IMG/VR virus record: IMGVR_UViG_2706795240_000001
Coordinates: 13,780 to 77,779 of that record
Strand: one strand, 5' to 3'
DNA length: 64,000 nucleotides
Origin: a virus
Taxonomy: Duplodnaviria; Caudoviricetes
Of this stretch, positions 47,104-55,898 are shown piece by piece. The position numbers and the translations under genes were made by a program. The stretch's first letter is position 1. Every line of letters begins with the position of its first letter. A model generated the notes under the pieces. That model was not told the origin of the DNA. It saw nothing but the letters and a program-made list of their open reading frames with translations, and searched no databases.

Positions 47104-47844
47104 TTATCCTTCATCAATTACGACATTGCTTTTCATGATCTGATGCATGGTTTTAAGCATGAGGTCATGTGATTCACAATCCTCTAGGCACTGCTCGCCC
47201 CAGCACATCTGAAATCCGCCGGGAACAACCAGATTCGCATAGGAGTCCTTCATTTCCGCGTACTCGGTGATCAGATGGTTGCCCTGGCTAATCCAGATAT
47301 CGTGCCAAGCAGCATCAATGAACGGCATCCTATAGGACTGGGACTTGAACCAGTCCCACGCGTCAGCATGGACGAAATTGAAGTCGATCCCCTTCTCTCG
47401 AAGAATATCTGCATAATATGCCCCAACCATTTTGAAGACCCAGAAATCATCCTCAATTACGGTAATCTGCTTGACGCATGGCGCTAGCCGGACTAACCCC
47501 TCAATCACCATTCCAAGGCCGAGTCCCGTGATGAGAATTCTTTCCGACCCCTCCGCGATGACCTTGTTGATGAAATACAGGTGATCAAAACGCTCAGCTA
47601 GCGTGTCACTCATCCATAGCTTATCGCTGATGAACAGTCCGGTGTACATTCCAGGCGGCGTGTAATCGCGAGCGCCGTTAGGGTTGACGCGCGCCCGAAT
47701 CGGAATATCAGCCTCGGTGAGCTCGAACTTTTTGATTACAGTCTTTCCACCATCAGCGCTCTGTTCGGGGATATTCACCTTCATGGTGGAGAGCGCCTGA
47801 GCAATGTCATTAAGTATTGCTTCGGGTCCAGTCAGTGCAGCCAT
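47104..47844 (-). CDS. Class I SAM-dependent methyltransferase (spermidine-synthase-like Rossmann fold)
   Basis: WMSDT, ILITGLGLG, ITVIE, HADAW and DAAWHDIW motifs. Confidence 0.75.
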   Translation of the reverse strand: MAALTGPEAILNDIAQALSTMKVNIPEQSADGGKTVIKKFELTEADIPIRARVNPNGARDYTPPGMYTGLFISDKLWMSDTLAERFDHLYFINKVIAEGSERILITGLGLGMVIEGLVRLAPCVKQITVIEDDFWVFKMVGAYYADILREKGIDFNFVHADAWDWFKSQSYRMPFIDAAWHDIWISQGNHLITEYAEMKDSYANLVVPGGFQMCWGEQCLEDCESHDLMLKTMHQIMKSNVVIDEG

Positions 47845-47846
47845 GA

Positions 47847-48005
47847 TTAATTTTTAACAGCCTTTCGTGCCTGAATTCGTGCGTCACGCTGAGCGCGCAG
47901 TCGATCACGTTTTTCGTGATCAGCATCGATTTCGTTTAGGGTCTTAGGATTCTTGTGCTTGATCGCAGGACTTTCTAGACGATCAGTGTAGTTTCGACGG
48001 GACAT
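47847..48005 (-). CDS. Small basic protein, 52 aa
   Basis: Read manually: MSRRNYTDRLESPAIKHK...; fills the gap. Confidence 0.45.
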   Translation of the reverse strand: MSRRNYTDRLESPAIKHKNPKTLNEIDADHEKRDRLRAQRDARIQARKAVKN

Positions 48006-48228
48006 AGCCACCATGTGCCTTCCAGATGTGATTTGAGAAATTGCCTACCGTTACGCGCTTGCCGCATTCCGAGCAAAACCAACCTGCTCGCCCGATCAGC
48101 ACCAGCCGGGTAGAAATCTCTTGTTCGAGCGGAGTTCTGAATTCGATGTAATGAAATGGTCCGCATTCTTGAATGTCCCAGCCATTCTTTTTCGCGGACC
48201 TAAGCTGAGACTCAACCTTCATCGCCAC
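47983..48228 (-). CDS. C2H2 zinc-finger-like protein
   Basis: WFCSECG.....FSNHIWKAH. Confidence 0.6.
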   Translation of the reverse strand: MAMKVESQLRSAKKNGWDIQECGPFHYIEFRTPLEQEISTRLVLIGRAGWFCSECGKRVTVGNFSNHIWKAHGGYVPSKLH

Positions 48229-48481
48229 CGGTATTCACCCGCCCCTTGTTGACAGGATGCTTAAGGTCGGCACCGTAAACAAGAAACACGGCATCCTGAA
48301 TGGTGCTGATATCCGGCTTGTTGATCATCACCTTGTACAAGCCACCGCTCTCGGCAATATTCTTCTGAAACTTCGAGTCATACTTAGACGTGTCAATCTT
48401 TTCCATGACCCGCACCTCGACAGTCTGCCGAAGTCGATCATGATAAGTTTCACGAATGTCATTTGCCTTGATGTTTTCCAT
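48212..48481 (-). CDS. Hypothetical protein
   Basis: ORF coupled to the vWA gene stop. Confidence 0.55.
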   Translation of the reverse strand: MENIKANDIRETYHDRLRQTVEVRVMEKIDTSKYDSKFQKNIAESGGLYKVMINKPDISTIQDAVFLVYGADLKHPVNKGRVNTGGDEG

Positions 48482-50520
48482 TATACAATCCTCTTCTCAA
48501 TTTCATCGATTACAGTTTTAAGGTCAGCGCCGTTCTTGACTAGGATGGTATCGAGTCCAAATCTCTTGGGACTGTCAGTACGAACTCCTACGCCAAGAAT
48601 TCCGATCCGATCTTTTCGGCAGATATCAATCTCACGATTAATGATATCCACCTCTTCGTCGCGATTCTGTTCTGGAATCTGACCATCTGTAAAGTAGATG
48701 ATCAGCTTTTTCCTTCCCCTTCCCTCGTTCTGAATCACCTTGCGATAGAATTCGATGTTGTGTCCGTCTAGCGATCCGCCGCTACCCTTAAGTCGATTAA
48801 GCCTTTCCTGTGCTCGATCATTCCATCCGGCGCGGAGAGACTTGACCTCAGTAATTTCCTGTGCGTAATACTTATTGTCGCCTTTTGCGGGTCGAGTAGT
48901 ATGCCCGTAGATAGCAAAGTTCACGCCCACCTTATTCAGCAGCTCTGCCGTATAGAAAGCAATTTCGCGAATATCCCGGTTGACCGGCCCCGATCCGGTG
49001 GAACCGGAACAATCCAGACCGAGAATCACATCGAATTCGATACCTTCTGCGATATGCCGCTTCTGGAACAAGCGTTCGTCACCCATATTGAATTTGTACA
49101 GCGACCTACCGGCAACGCGTCCGGACTTTTGGTTCCGCTCATATTTATCTAGCTTTGAGTCACCAAAAACCTTGCGCGCTTTCGCGAGCGCGGAGGCGAT
49201 AAAAGGTCGAGCATCCGACTTTGTGATCATGTCGCTGTCACGCATGTTATTTACGTGCCTAAAAGCATAGCTGCTATCGTCCTTAACAAGAATTAGCCCA
49301 GACACATCGATCGAATAGCTATCGAAATTCATGATCTGATTCACGGCATCGTTCATTGCCTCGCCTAAATCGGCTTCCATGATTTTTTGCTCTGGTGTCT
49401 TTTTCTCGTCCCCGTGGTCATGGCCCATGATCTTTTTCAGGGCCGCTAGCACCTCTTCACTTGTTGCGGGGGCACCCTGACTACCCTGATCGCTAGAACT
49501 GCCCTCAGAATCGCCGTCAGCGCCCTGTTCTTCGTCGTCGGTGCCGCCGTCGCACTGGTCCGACTCGTCGGCGTCGCTGCCGGAGCCAGAATCGCCGTCC
49601 TGGTTATTCTGCGCCTGCTCGCGCTCTTCGTCTGTGAATGGAAATGCCTTGCCGCCGGTAAGGTGACATGCTGCCATTCCAATTGCCATGGCATATAGCG
49701 GAGCTTCCGATAGCCCGTTTGGAATTTCTACCAGCCCCATAGCATCGATCTTGTTGACGATATCCGCCGCCTCTTCGCTGACTGCGCCCTTGAGTTCGAT
49801 ATCATTGACAAGAAACAGGACGCCGAGAGCGATCTGACTTTCGAGCGGCGCGGTGTTCCAAAAGACTCGCGAACCGTCGTCAGTTTCGATGCCCTCGTTC
49901 GCAATTCTGACGGTCTGCCAATGTCGCATTTCTCGGACGCCCGGCCTCTGCTGTGATGCGATTTCATCGATACGAATGTCCTCGGTCATCATGTCTAGCG
50001 TCTCGGTACCGGGATACATTTTCTTTGTGAAGTCTCCGGAAAACTCGAACCTAATGCGCTCAACATTGCGAATTCTTTTGATCAATTCATCTGAATGTCC
50101 CGCATCCAGCCCGTCGATCTTGCCAAGCAATTTCTTGATAAGACCGATATCTTTAGGCTGTATGAAAAGTGGCTCAAATGAGCCGTTCACACAATGAGAA
50201 ATCTCATGGTAGAGGCCGAAATACAGATACTCCCACTTCGCGCAAGCACGGCATAGCTGGACCCCCTTATCGTCTCGCTGATCGCAGTAGAATTGATCGT
50301 GGTTAACCTGCACGGCAAAGTCCAGGCTCGGACGCACATAAATGGTTTTACCGTTGGTCCGCGTTGTTCCACTGGCCTCCACTTTGTATCGACTGTGGTT
50401 CGGATCGCCGTTTGACTTCGCCATTGCACGAGCGTAACGAGTCAAGCTAGGCGCTAATCGATTAAATTCCTTAACCGCCTTGAATGCATTGCTCCCGGCG
50501 TTCGGATCTTTTTGAAACAC
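48481..50520 (-). CDS. CobT-like vWA-domain protein
   Basis: N-terminal HEISH metallopeptidase-like motif, acidic linker, MIDAS DCSGS, and FTDG. Confidence 0.88.
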   Translation of the reverse strand: MFQKDPNAGSNAFKAVKEFNRLAPSLTRYARAMAKSNGDPNHSRYKVEASGTTRTNGKTIYVRPSLDFAVQVNHDQFYCDQRDDKGVQLCRACAKWEYLYFGLYHEISHCVNGSFEPLFIQPKDIGLIKKLLGKIDGLDAGHSDELIKRIRNVERIRFEFSGDFTKKMYPGTETLDMMTEDIRIDEIASQQRPGVREMRHWQTVRIANEGIETDDGSRVFWNTAPLESQIALGVLFLVNDIELKGAVSEEAADIVNKIDAMGLVEIPNGLSEAPLYAMAIGMAACHLTGGKAFPFTDEEREQAQNNQDGDSGSGSDADESDQCDGGTDDEEQGADGDSEGSSSDQGSQGAPATSEEVLAALKKIMGHDHGDEKKTPEQKIMEADLGEAMNDAVNQIMNFDSYSIDVSGLILVKDDSSYAFRHVNNMRDSDMITKSDARPFIASALAKARKVFGDSKLDKYERNQKSGRVAGRSLYKFNMGDERLFQKRHIAEGIEFDVILGLDCSGSTGSGPVNRDIREIAFYTAELLNKVGVNFAIYGHTTRPAKGDNKYYAQEITEVKSLRAGWNDRAQERLNRLKGSGGSLDGHNIEFYRKVIQNEGRGRKKLIIYFTDGQIPEQNRDEEVDIINREIDICRKDRIGILGVGVRTDSPKRFGLDTILVKNGADLKTVIDEIEKRIV

Positions 50521-52190
50521 TAGAACCTGGCCTTTCGTGGTCGCGCTGACTTAATCTTTGACGCATCGTTTGCGTTAACGATCTGGAAAATCTGCTCGGA
50601 ATCGTCAGGATGCAAAAGGTCAGCCGCCGCCATGCGGTAGCAGTCCTTTATGGTAAAATATTGTGCAGCTCGTGCAACCTTGATCTGCTGTCGAATTCCC
50701 CAGTGAACTGGGAAATCCTGTGGAGCAAGCTCCCGAATATCCTTGGCGATTCGCATGATGCTATCGAGTATGGTGTTTGGAATCTTATATCCGTCGACTT
50801 TGCACGCCTCGGTAATGATTTTTCGTTCCAGCGCTTCGGTAGGTGCCGGAACTGAGATATGCATGAGTCTCGAACCGTCGGCATCCGAGATTTCATGAGT
50901 ACCCACGTTGCGAAGGTCCCATGTCGGGTTGAAAGCCATTCCCATAAAGCAGAACTTGTTCTTGGAAATCCGCTCACCGTTATTCATGTCAAGCACCAGT
51001 TGCTTTGAATTATCAGTAAGCGGACGCAAGAACTGCCACACGTCAGGCGGACCAACATTCGGCTCATCAATCACGATTACACAAGGCTTTGCCCACGCCT
51101 TGGGAATTCGGCCGTACTGGAAATACGTCCCCCTGTCCGGCGAGACCTGCATTTTGCCTGCAAGGTCATCAAGCTCCGTGCGATTCGTAATCGATACGCG
51201 CTCGAATGGAAGGCGCATCTTCCACGCGATGTAGCGGAATGCTTCGGTCTTGCCAACTCCCGGAATTCCATTCAGTGCTGGAGTCTGGTTAAGTCCAAGC
51301 CAAATTGCGGCGGCGCGGTACAGAATGTTCTGGTGGTCGACGTAATTCTCTGGATGCTCGTCGTCTCCAGTGTTTGGAATCTTTGATCGCTCTTCTTCAT
51401 CAAATACGTTTGGGTCAAAAATCGGAATGAAGATTGACGGCCCACCTTGTGATGGGTTTTTAATCTCTTCCCACTCTACGATTCCAGCAGACTTTTCTTC
51501 ATCAGTGAGTACCCGTTCGGCATTCCCCTGGTTATCAGTATCTTCTTCGTCTTCCTCTGGGAATTGAATTTCCCTCGGAGGAACAAGATGCTTGCTGACC
51601 ACAAGTTCGATGGAATCAACCAAGACTCCTAGTCCCACTTCCTTAAACTCGTTCTGCATAATTCCAACCTTACATCCGTTGGCAGAATCGGCAGCGGTTC
51701 CAGGCTTAATTGTTATGCTGAGAAGGCGGCATCCATTTGATGCAATTCCGACTTCGGAAATCATTTCCGAATCTCGAACAAAAAAAGCACACTGCAAGCA
51801 AGTGGAAGGCTCGGTGAGGTTGTTAACCTTATCCCTGGCCTTGAGGTACTTGTCCCTCGCGTTAAGGGTCTCGCCTTTTTCGTTCATGGGGTTGCCGAAT
51901 TTAACTTCGTTACCTGGAGAGTACCGAGTCTCACCCTTATTGGGGTCATAGTTTCCGCAACGTGATGCGATTGCCGCAAGCTCGGCGTCCATGAATACGG
52001 TGTTCATTTCGGTGTTAACCGTCGACAAGAACATTCTATGCCTGCCACAAATAGCGCCGCCGCTGGTGTTTCGCCCGGTCATTTCGGACTGACTTTTCTT
52101 GTCACCTTCTGCGATGAAGAATCGGCAGGTTTCACAGGTAACTGCGGGCTTTGATGCCGGTGTGGGAACGGAGAAATTCGGTGTAGTCAC
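50520..52190 (-). CDS. MoxR/CobS-like AAA+ ATPase with Cys-rich N-terminus
   Basis: Walker A GIPGVGKT, Walker B VIDEPN, AFNP and DADGSRL. Confidence 0.9.
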   Translation of the reverse strand: MTTPNFSVPTPASKPAVTCETCRFFIAEGDKKSQSEMTGRNTSGGAICGRHRMFLSTVNTEMNTVFMDAELAAIASRCGNYDPNKGETRYSPGNEVKFGNPMNEKGETLNARDKYLKARDKVNNLTEPSTCLQCAFFVRDSEMISEVGIASNGCRLLSITIKPGTAADSANGCKVGIMQNEFKEVGLGVLVDSIELVVSKHLVPPREIQFPEEDEEDTDNQGNAERVLTDEEKSAGIVEWEEIKNPSQGGPSIFIPIFDPNVFDEEERSKIPNTGDDEHPENYVDHQNILYRAAAIWLGLNQTPALNGIPGVGKTEAFRYIAWKMRLPFERVSITNRTELDDLAGKMQVSPDRGTYFQYGRIPKAWAKPCVIVIDEPNVGPPDVWQFLRPLTDNSKQLVLDMNNGERISKNKFCFMGMAFNPTWDLRNVGTHEISDADGSRLMHISVPAPTEALERKIITEACKVDGYKIPNTILDSIMRIAKDIRELAPQDFPVHWGIRQQIKVARAAQYFTIKDCYRMAAADLLHPDDSEQIFQIVNANDASKIKSARPRKARF

Positions 52191-52230
52191 CGTGTGGTCC
52201 TCTCGGAGGCGGTCGGGTAGCAGTAGTTAA

Positions 52231-52259
52231 AGGGTAGGCCATGACAGTCACGATGTCAA
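52231..52259 (-). promoter_or_regulatory. SigA-like promoter for the AAA/vWA operon
   Basis: TTGACA-17 nt-TACCCT. Confidence 0.7.
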
Positions 52260-52281
52260 ATGGTGCTCTGACCTGCGGTTT

Positions 52282-52469
52282 TGCCAAATTCCGAACGGTC
52301 TTGACTTGAAATAATCTGCCAAATTCCGAACGATCTTGACTTGAAATAATCTGCCAAATCCCGAACGATCTTGACTTGAAAATAATCTGCCAAATTTCAA
52401 AAGTCTCTGACTTGAAAATAATCTGCCAAATTTCAAAAGTCTCTGACTTGAAAATAATCTGCCAAATTC
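52282..52469. repeat. 35/36-bp AT-rich tandem repeat (5 full units plus a partial)
   Basis: Units TGCCAAAT..N..TGACTTGAAA(A)TAATC begin at 52282, 52317, 52352, 52388 and 52424. Confidence 0.9.
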
Positions 52470-52640
52470 TGCCAAATTTTGACTTGACCTGACTTCATAT
52501 ATACGTGCGCGCTCGGGCGGGTGTGCGCGAGTGCGCGCGTAGCATAATTCGGGTCCGACTACGTAGAGGCCCGGATGAATTGGTTGTGACAATTGCGCGT
52601 GTCAGATTGTTGGAATGTGGAATTAATTAAAATGTCACGC

Positions 52641-53233
52641 GCCACGCGGTATCGCGCTCGCCGGTCGCTGAGTGGCGCGCCACGCGGTATCGCGCTCGCC
52701 GGTCTCCAGTGGCGCGCCACGCGGTATCGCGCTCGCCGGTCGCCGGTCGCAGTGGCGCGCCACGCGGTATCGCGCTCGCCGGTCTCCAGTGGCGCGCCAC
52801 GCGGTATCGCGCTCGCCGGTCGCCGGTCGCTCGCCACGCGGTATCGCGCTCGCCGGTCGCCGGTCGCCGGTCGCTCGCCACGCGGTATCGCGCTCGCCGG
52901 TCTCCAGTGGCGCGCCACGCGGTATCGCGCTCGCCGGTCTCCAGTGGCGCGCCACGCGGTATCGCGCTCGCCGGTCTCCAGTGGCGCGCCACGCGGTATC
53001 GCGCTCGCCGGTCTCCAGTGGCGCGCCACGCGGTATCGCGCTCGCCGGTCTCCAGTGGCGCGCCACGCGGTATCGCGCTCGCCGGTCTCCAGTGGCGCGC
53101 CACGCGGTATCGCGCTCGCCGGTCGCCGGTCGCGCGCCACGCGGTATCGCGCTCGCCGGTCTCCAGTGGCGCGCCACGCGGTATCGCGCTCGCCGGTCTC
53201 CAGTCGCGCCACGCGGTATCGCGCTCGCCGGTC
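52641..53233. repeat. GC-rich tandem array, 16 copies of a 26-bp core, mostly 37-bp period
   Basis: Core GCCACGCGGTATCGCGCTCGCCGGTC; commonest linker TCCAGTGGCGC. Confidence 0.95.
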
Positions 53234-53435
53234 GCCGGTCGCTCGCCGGTCGCCGCTCACAGCGCGCCACAGCGCCACTCAGCGACCAGTACGGCACAGT
53301 GTGCGACCACGATAAACGCGCGTACGCGTGCCTAGACGCCCCTGTGAGCGGTTACAGGCGACGCTAGGCACACACTGTCATGCGAGCGCCGTTATCACGC
53401 TAGCGCGGCATCCAGGGACCGTTACGGCATGAAAA

Positions 53436-53465
53436 AACCAGCCGCGCGGGTATGCGTGGCTGGTT
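53436..53465. terminator. Terminator-like hairpin
   Basis: AACCAGCCGCGC-GGGTAT-GCGTGGCTGGTT, preceded by an A-run. Confidence 0.5.
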
Positions 53466-53504
53466 GCTTGGGTTTATCGGCTGGTCGTCTCCAGTCGAGC
53501 GGAC

Positions 53505-53548
53505 ACAAAAAATCCCCTACCGCGTGGATGCGGTAGGGGATTTTTTGT
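53505..53548. terminator. Bidirectional intrinsic terminator
   Basis: ACAAAAAATCCCCTACCGC-GTGGAT-GCGGTAGGGGATTTTTTGT, directly after the 53554 gene stop. Confidence 0.88.
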
Positions 53549-53553
53549 TCTAG

Positions 53554-54306
53554 CTACTGGTCGTCGGTGTCGGCACTCTCGGCGTCCGACTCCGGAACGT
53601 CTGCCGTCTTAGGCTTACGTCCCTGTCCCTTAGGACCACGACCGAGAGAAATTCTAGCCGCCGCCTTAGCGACGTCGCTGGCCTCAGGTTCGGCACCTTC
53701 CATGCCGCCGTAAATCCATGCTCGGTATTCCAGTGCTTCGGTCTGTGCGGCTTCGGTCACCAATTCACCGGTAATCTCAGTGATGCGCGCCGGGTCGACA
53801 TTGGTCGGAACACTCGCCATGGCGACCGCGTAGGCGAGCTGCACCTGCGCGATATTCTTGCCAACAGCAAGCGCCGGGTCTGCAGGCTTACGCGTGGCGC
53901 GCTCGCCGGTCGACTGTGCAGCAAGCGGCTTAAGGCCAAAATCCTTGACAGAATTGTAAGCCGCTGCACGCTTAGCGATATCGACCAATTCGGTAGCGCG
54001 TTCAGGGTTGTTGGCCAAATCGGCCGCGACTTCTGCCTGTTCGGTGAGCAGAACCGCAATTGCATCCTTAATGAACTGTCGAACGTTACGCTTAGCGTCT
54101 TTATCAAGCGCGCCGAATGCTCGCCGGATATCGGTAACGGTCTCACTATCCTTATCCGCAAACGCGGTAACGTTGGCGTCGATGAGCTTATCGACGTTGG
54201 CCTTGAATTCCAGTGCCTCAACCGAAATTGTGTTAACCGTTGCCTCAGTCTCGGTGGTCTCGTCGGTAGCGATATCGACGTTCTCGGTGACGGTAGCGGT
54301 AGTCAT
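53554..54306 (-). CDS. Hypothetical helical protein with its own promoter and terminator
   Basis: 250 aa, Ala/acidic-rich; CACAGGAG RBS; monocistronic unit. Confidence 0.8.
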   Translation of the reverse strand: MTTATVTENVDIATDETTETEATVNTISVEALEFKANVDKLIDANVTAFADKDSETVTDIRRAFGALDKDAKRNVRQFIKDAIAVLLTEQAEVAADLANNPERATELVDIAKRAAAYNSVKDFGLKPLAAQSTGERATRKPADPALAVGKNIAQVQLAYAVAMASVPTNVDPARITEITGELVTEAAQTEALEYRAWIYGGMEGAEPEASDVAKAAARISLGRGPKGQGRKPKTADVPESDAESADTDDQ

Positions 54307-54374
54307 GTCATTTACTCCTGTGTGGTGAGTGTGGCCGCCCCGGTGGGCGGACCGTTTTTTGTTGGACGTGGAAG

Positions 54375-54403
54375 AACTTACGTGGCGGATAAAACTGTGT
54401 CAA
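54375..54403 (-). promoter_or_regulatory. SigA-like promoter
   Basis: TTGACA-17 nt-TAAGTT; a 14-bp inverted repeat (54404-54417 / 54426-54439) abuts the -35 box. Confidence 0.7.
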
Positions 54404-54448
54404 GTCGACCAGCGAAATTTCCTGTTTTCGCTGGTCGACGCGACGTAG

Positions 54449-54892
54449 CTAGCTTGCTGAAACGGTCCGACCGCGACGACGATCCGGTGCCGATCGGGTA
54501 ATCACGGACTCAGCGTCTGCACTGTCGTCACAGACGAAAACCTCGCCAGTGGACAGTAGCGCCTGTGCCTTACTTCGGTCGCCATGTGCCATGATGCAAA
54601 TTTCACCATTCTTGAAAATTGCACGGTAATCGTAGGCACAGTTCGCGGACATAAGCGCATCGATTCGGTTAGCGGTAGTGCGCGAATTCCATCCACCCGT
54701 GGCGACGCGGATGTTTACACCATCCAATTCCGCGATAACAGTGTTGTGATGCTTGACCAGAACAACATTATCGTAGAACGGACTCACTGCAACGTGAGTA
54801 CAGTAGGCAATTTTCTTCCACTCGCCGTTAGCTTTGCGTGCAATTCCCATGAGGTTTGCGTAAGACATTCCAGGCAGTTTGAGGTTAGACAT
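54449..54892 (-). CDS. Conserved phage hypothetical protein
   Basis: HHNTVIA...GGWNSRTTANRID motif. Confidence 0.65.
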   Translation of the reverse strand: MSNLKLPGMSYANLMGIARKANGEWKKIAYCTHVAVSPFYDNVVLVKHHNTVIAELDGVNIRVATGGWNSRTTANRIDALMSANCAYDYRAIFKNGEICIMAHGDRSKAQALLSTGEVFVCDDSADAESVITRSAPDRRRGRTVSAS

Positions 54893-54937
54893 TGGTTTTC
54901 TTTCGTTGTTGTGATTGGTTGTTGGCTGGTCGATTGG

Positions 54938-55312
54938 TTAGCAGCACGTGCGAACGATATTAAACGTTTCTCCACCGTCGGACGATTCTAGATAGCCTTT
55001 AAGTTCGTGGCCGTTGCGCAATTTATGGCCAGCTTTCATCTGGTCGCCGATGCCAGGGAACATAGGCTTGATAATTGTCGACGTTCGTGGCATGGCAATC
55101 ATGCCGTCGATAAATGCCGCACATTCCCTGAGAGAACCGGAATACAGAACGTTAATTCCGCCGCTCTCATTGCAAATCCTATCGACCAGATATCCGCCAT
55201 TCATTCCGCGCAATTGAATTGCGCCTACCGTATTGTGTTCGACGGTATCAAAACCGATGCGCTTATTAATCCGGTCGATTTTCGCCTGAACATGTTTGCG
55301 TGTCATTCTCAT
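54938..55312 (-). CDS. Hypothetical protein
   Basis: ATG 55312 after GGAGAG; the ORF-track extension overlaps another gene. Confidence 0.65.
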   Translation of the reverse strand: MRMTRKHVQAKIDRINKRIGFDTVEHNTVGAIQLRGMNGGYLVDRICNESGGINVLYSGSLRECAAFIDGMIAMPRTSTIIKPMFPGIGDQMKAGHKLRNGHELKGYLESSDGGETFNIVRTCC

Positions 55313-55397
55313 GATTTTCTCTCCAGTGATTGTGTGGCTGGTTGTTAGACGTTGAATGCAAAAAACAGCGCGATTACTACAATGATAAACAGTAAGA

Positions 55398-55643
55398 TCA
55401 CGCGCACATGGCCTTACGCTTATTGTCTTTAATCGTTTGTGAAATTTCCTCCAGTGCATAACGCACATACTCTGACAGTGTTTGCATGGCGTAATCGTCG
55501 CCATACACTCCCCATACGGAATTATCGGAAATTGCGTAATCGTCACTGTCGACAATTGCGCCGTAAACGTCACCCGCGAAATAGTCGACCCATTCTCTCG
55601 CGTAGTCATCGATATCGGCGTCGATTGGGACTATCCACAGCAT
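55398..55643 (-). CDS. Small, highly acidic and aromatic protein
   Basis: D/Y-rich 81-aa ORF. Confidence 0.55.
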   Translation of the reverse strand: MLWIVPIDADIDDYAREWVDYFAGDVYGAIVDSDDYAISDNSVWGVYGDDYAMQTLSEYVRYALEEISQTIKDNKRKAMCA

Positions 55644-55867
55644 GTCGCACCAATCAGATTGTGATGCGCCGCTGACAGTGTCACCGATTCAACGGTTACG
55701 TGGTCGCTGGCCATGGCGAGTGTGAGGACAATTCCAGGCGTGGCGTTGTTCCAGTAGGTCGGATTATCGCCGTCCCGAGAGTCGAGCGTGCCAACCCAAA
55801 TCCAACCCCAAGAATTCAGTTCGGCCACAGCGTTCGAGCGGTGGGTGCCAATAAGTGCGTGCAGCAT
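55631..55867 (-). CDS. Hypothetical protein
   Basis: CACAGGAG RBS. Confidence 0.6.
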   Translation of the reverse strand: MLHALIGTHRSNAVAELNSWGWIWVGTLDSRDGDNPTYWNNATPGIVLTLAMASDHVTVESVTLSAAHHNLIGATCCG

Positions 55868-55898
55868 GTCATGTACTCCTGTGTGTGTTTGTACTGGA

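Noticed and set aside
52282-52469. Mini-CRISPR or anti-CRISPR RNA (repeat with variable middle)
   Set aside because: The variable part is only about 11 nt and has just two types; the repeat has no CRISPR-like palindrome or end motif
52641-53233. CRISPR array
   Set aside because: The linkers between the 26-bp cores are 9-18 nt and mostly identical rather than unique spacers, and there is no cas operon. The Cas4-like gene is a typical phage exonuclease.
52559-53367. Long ORFs on both strands across the GC array
   Set aside because: They arise because the repeat lacks stop codons; there is no RBS and the translations are repetitive in all frames
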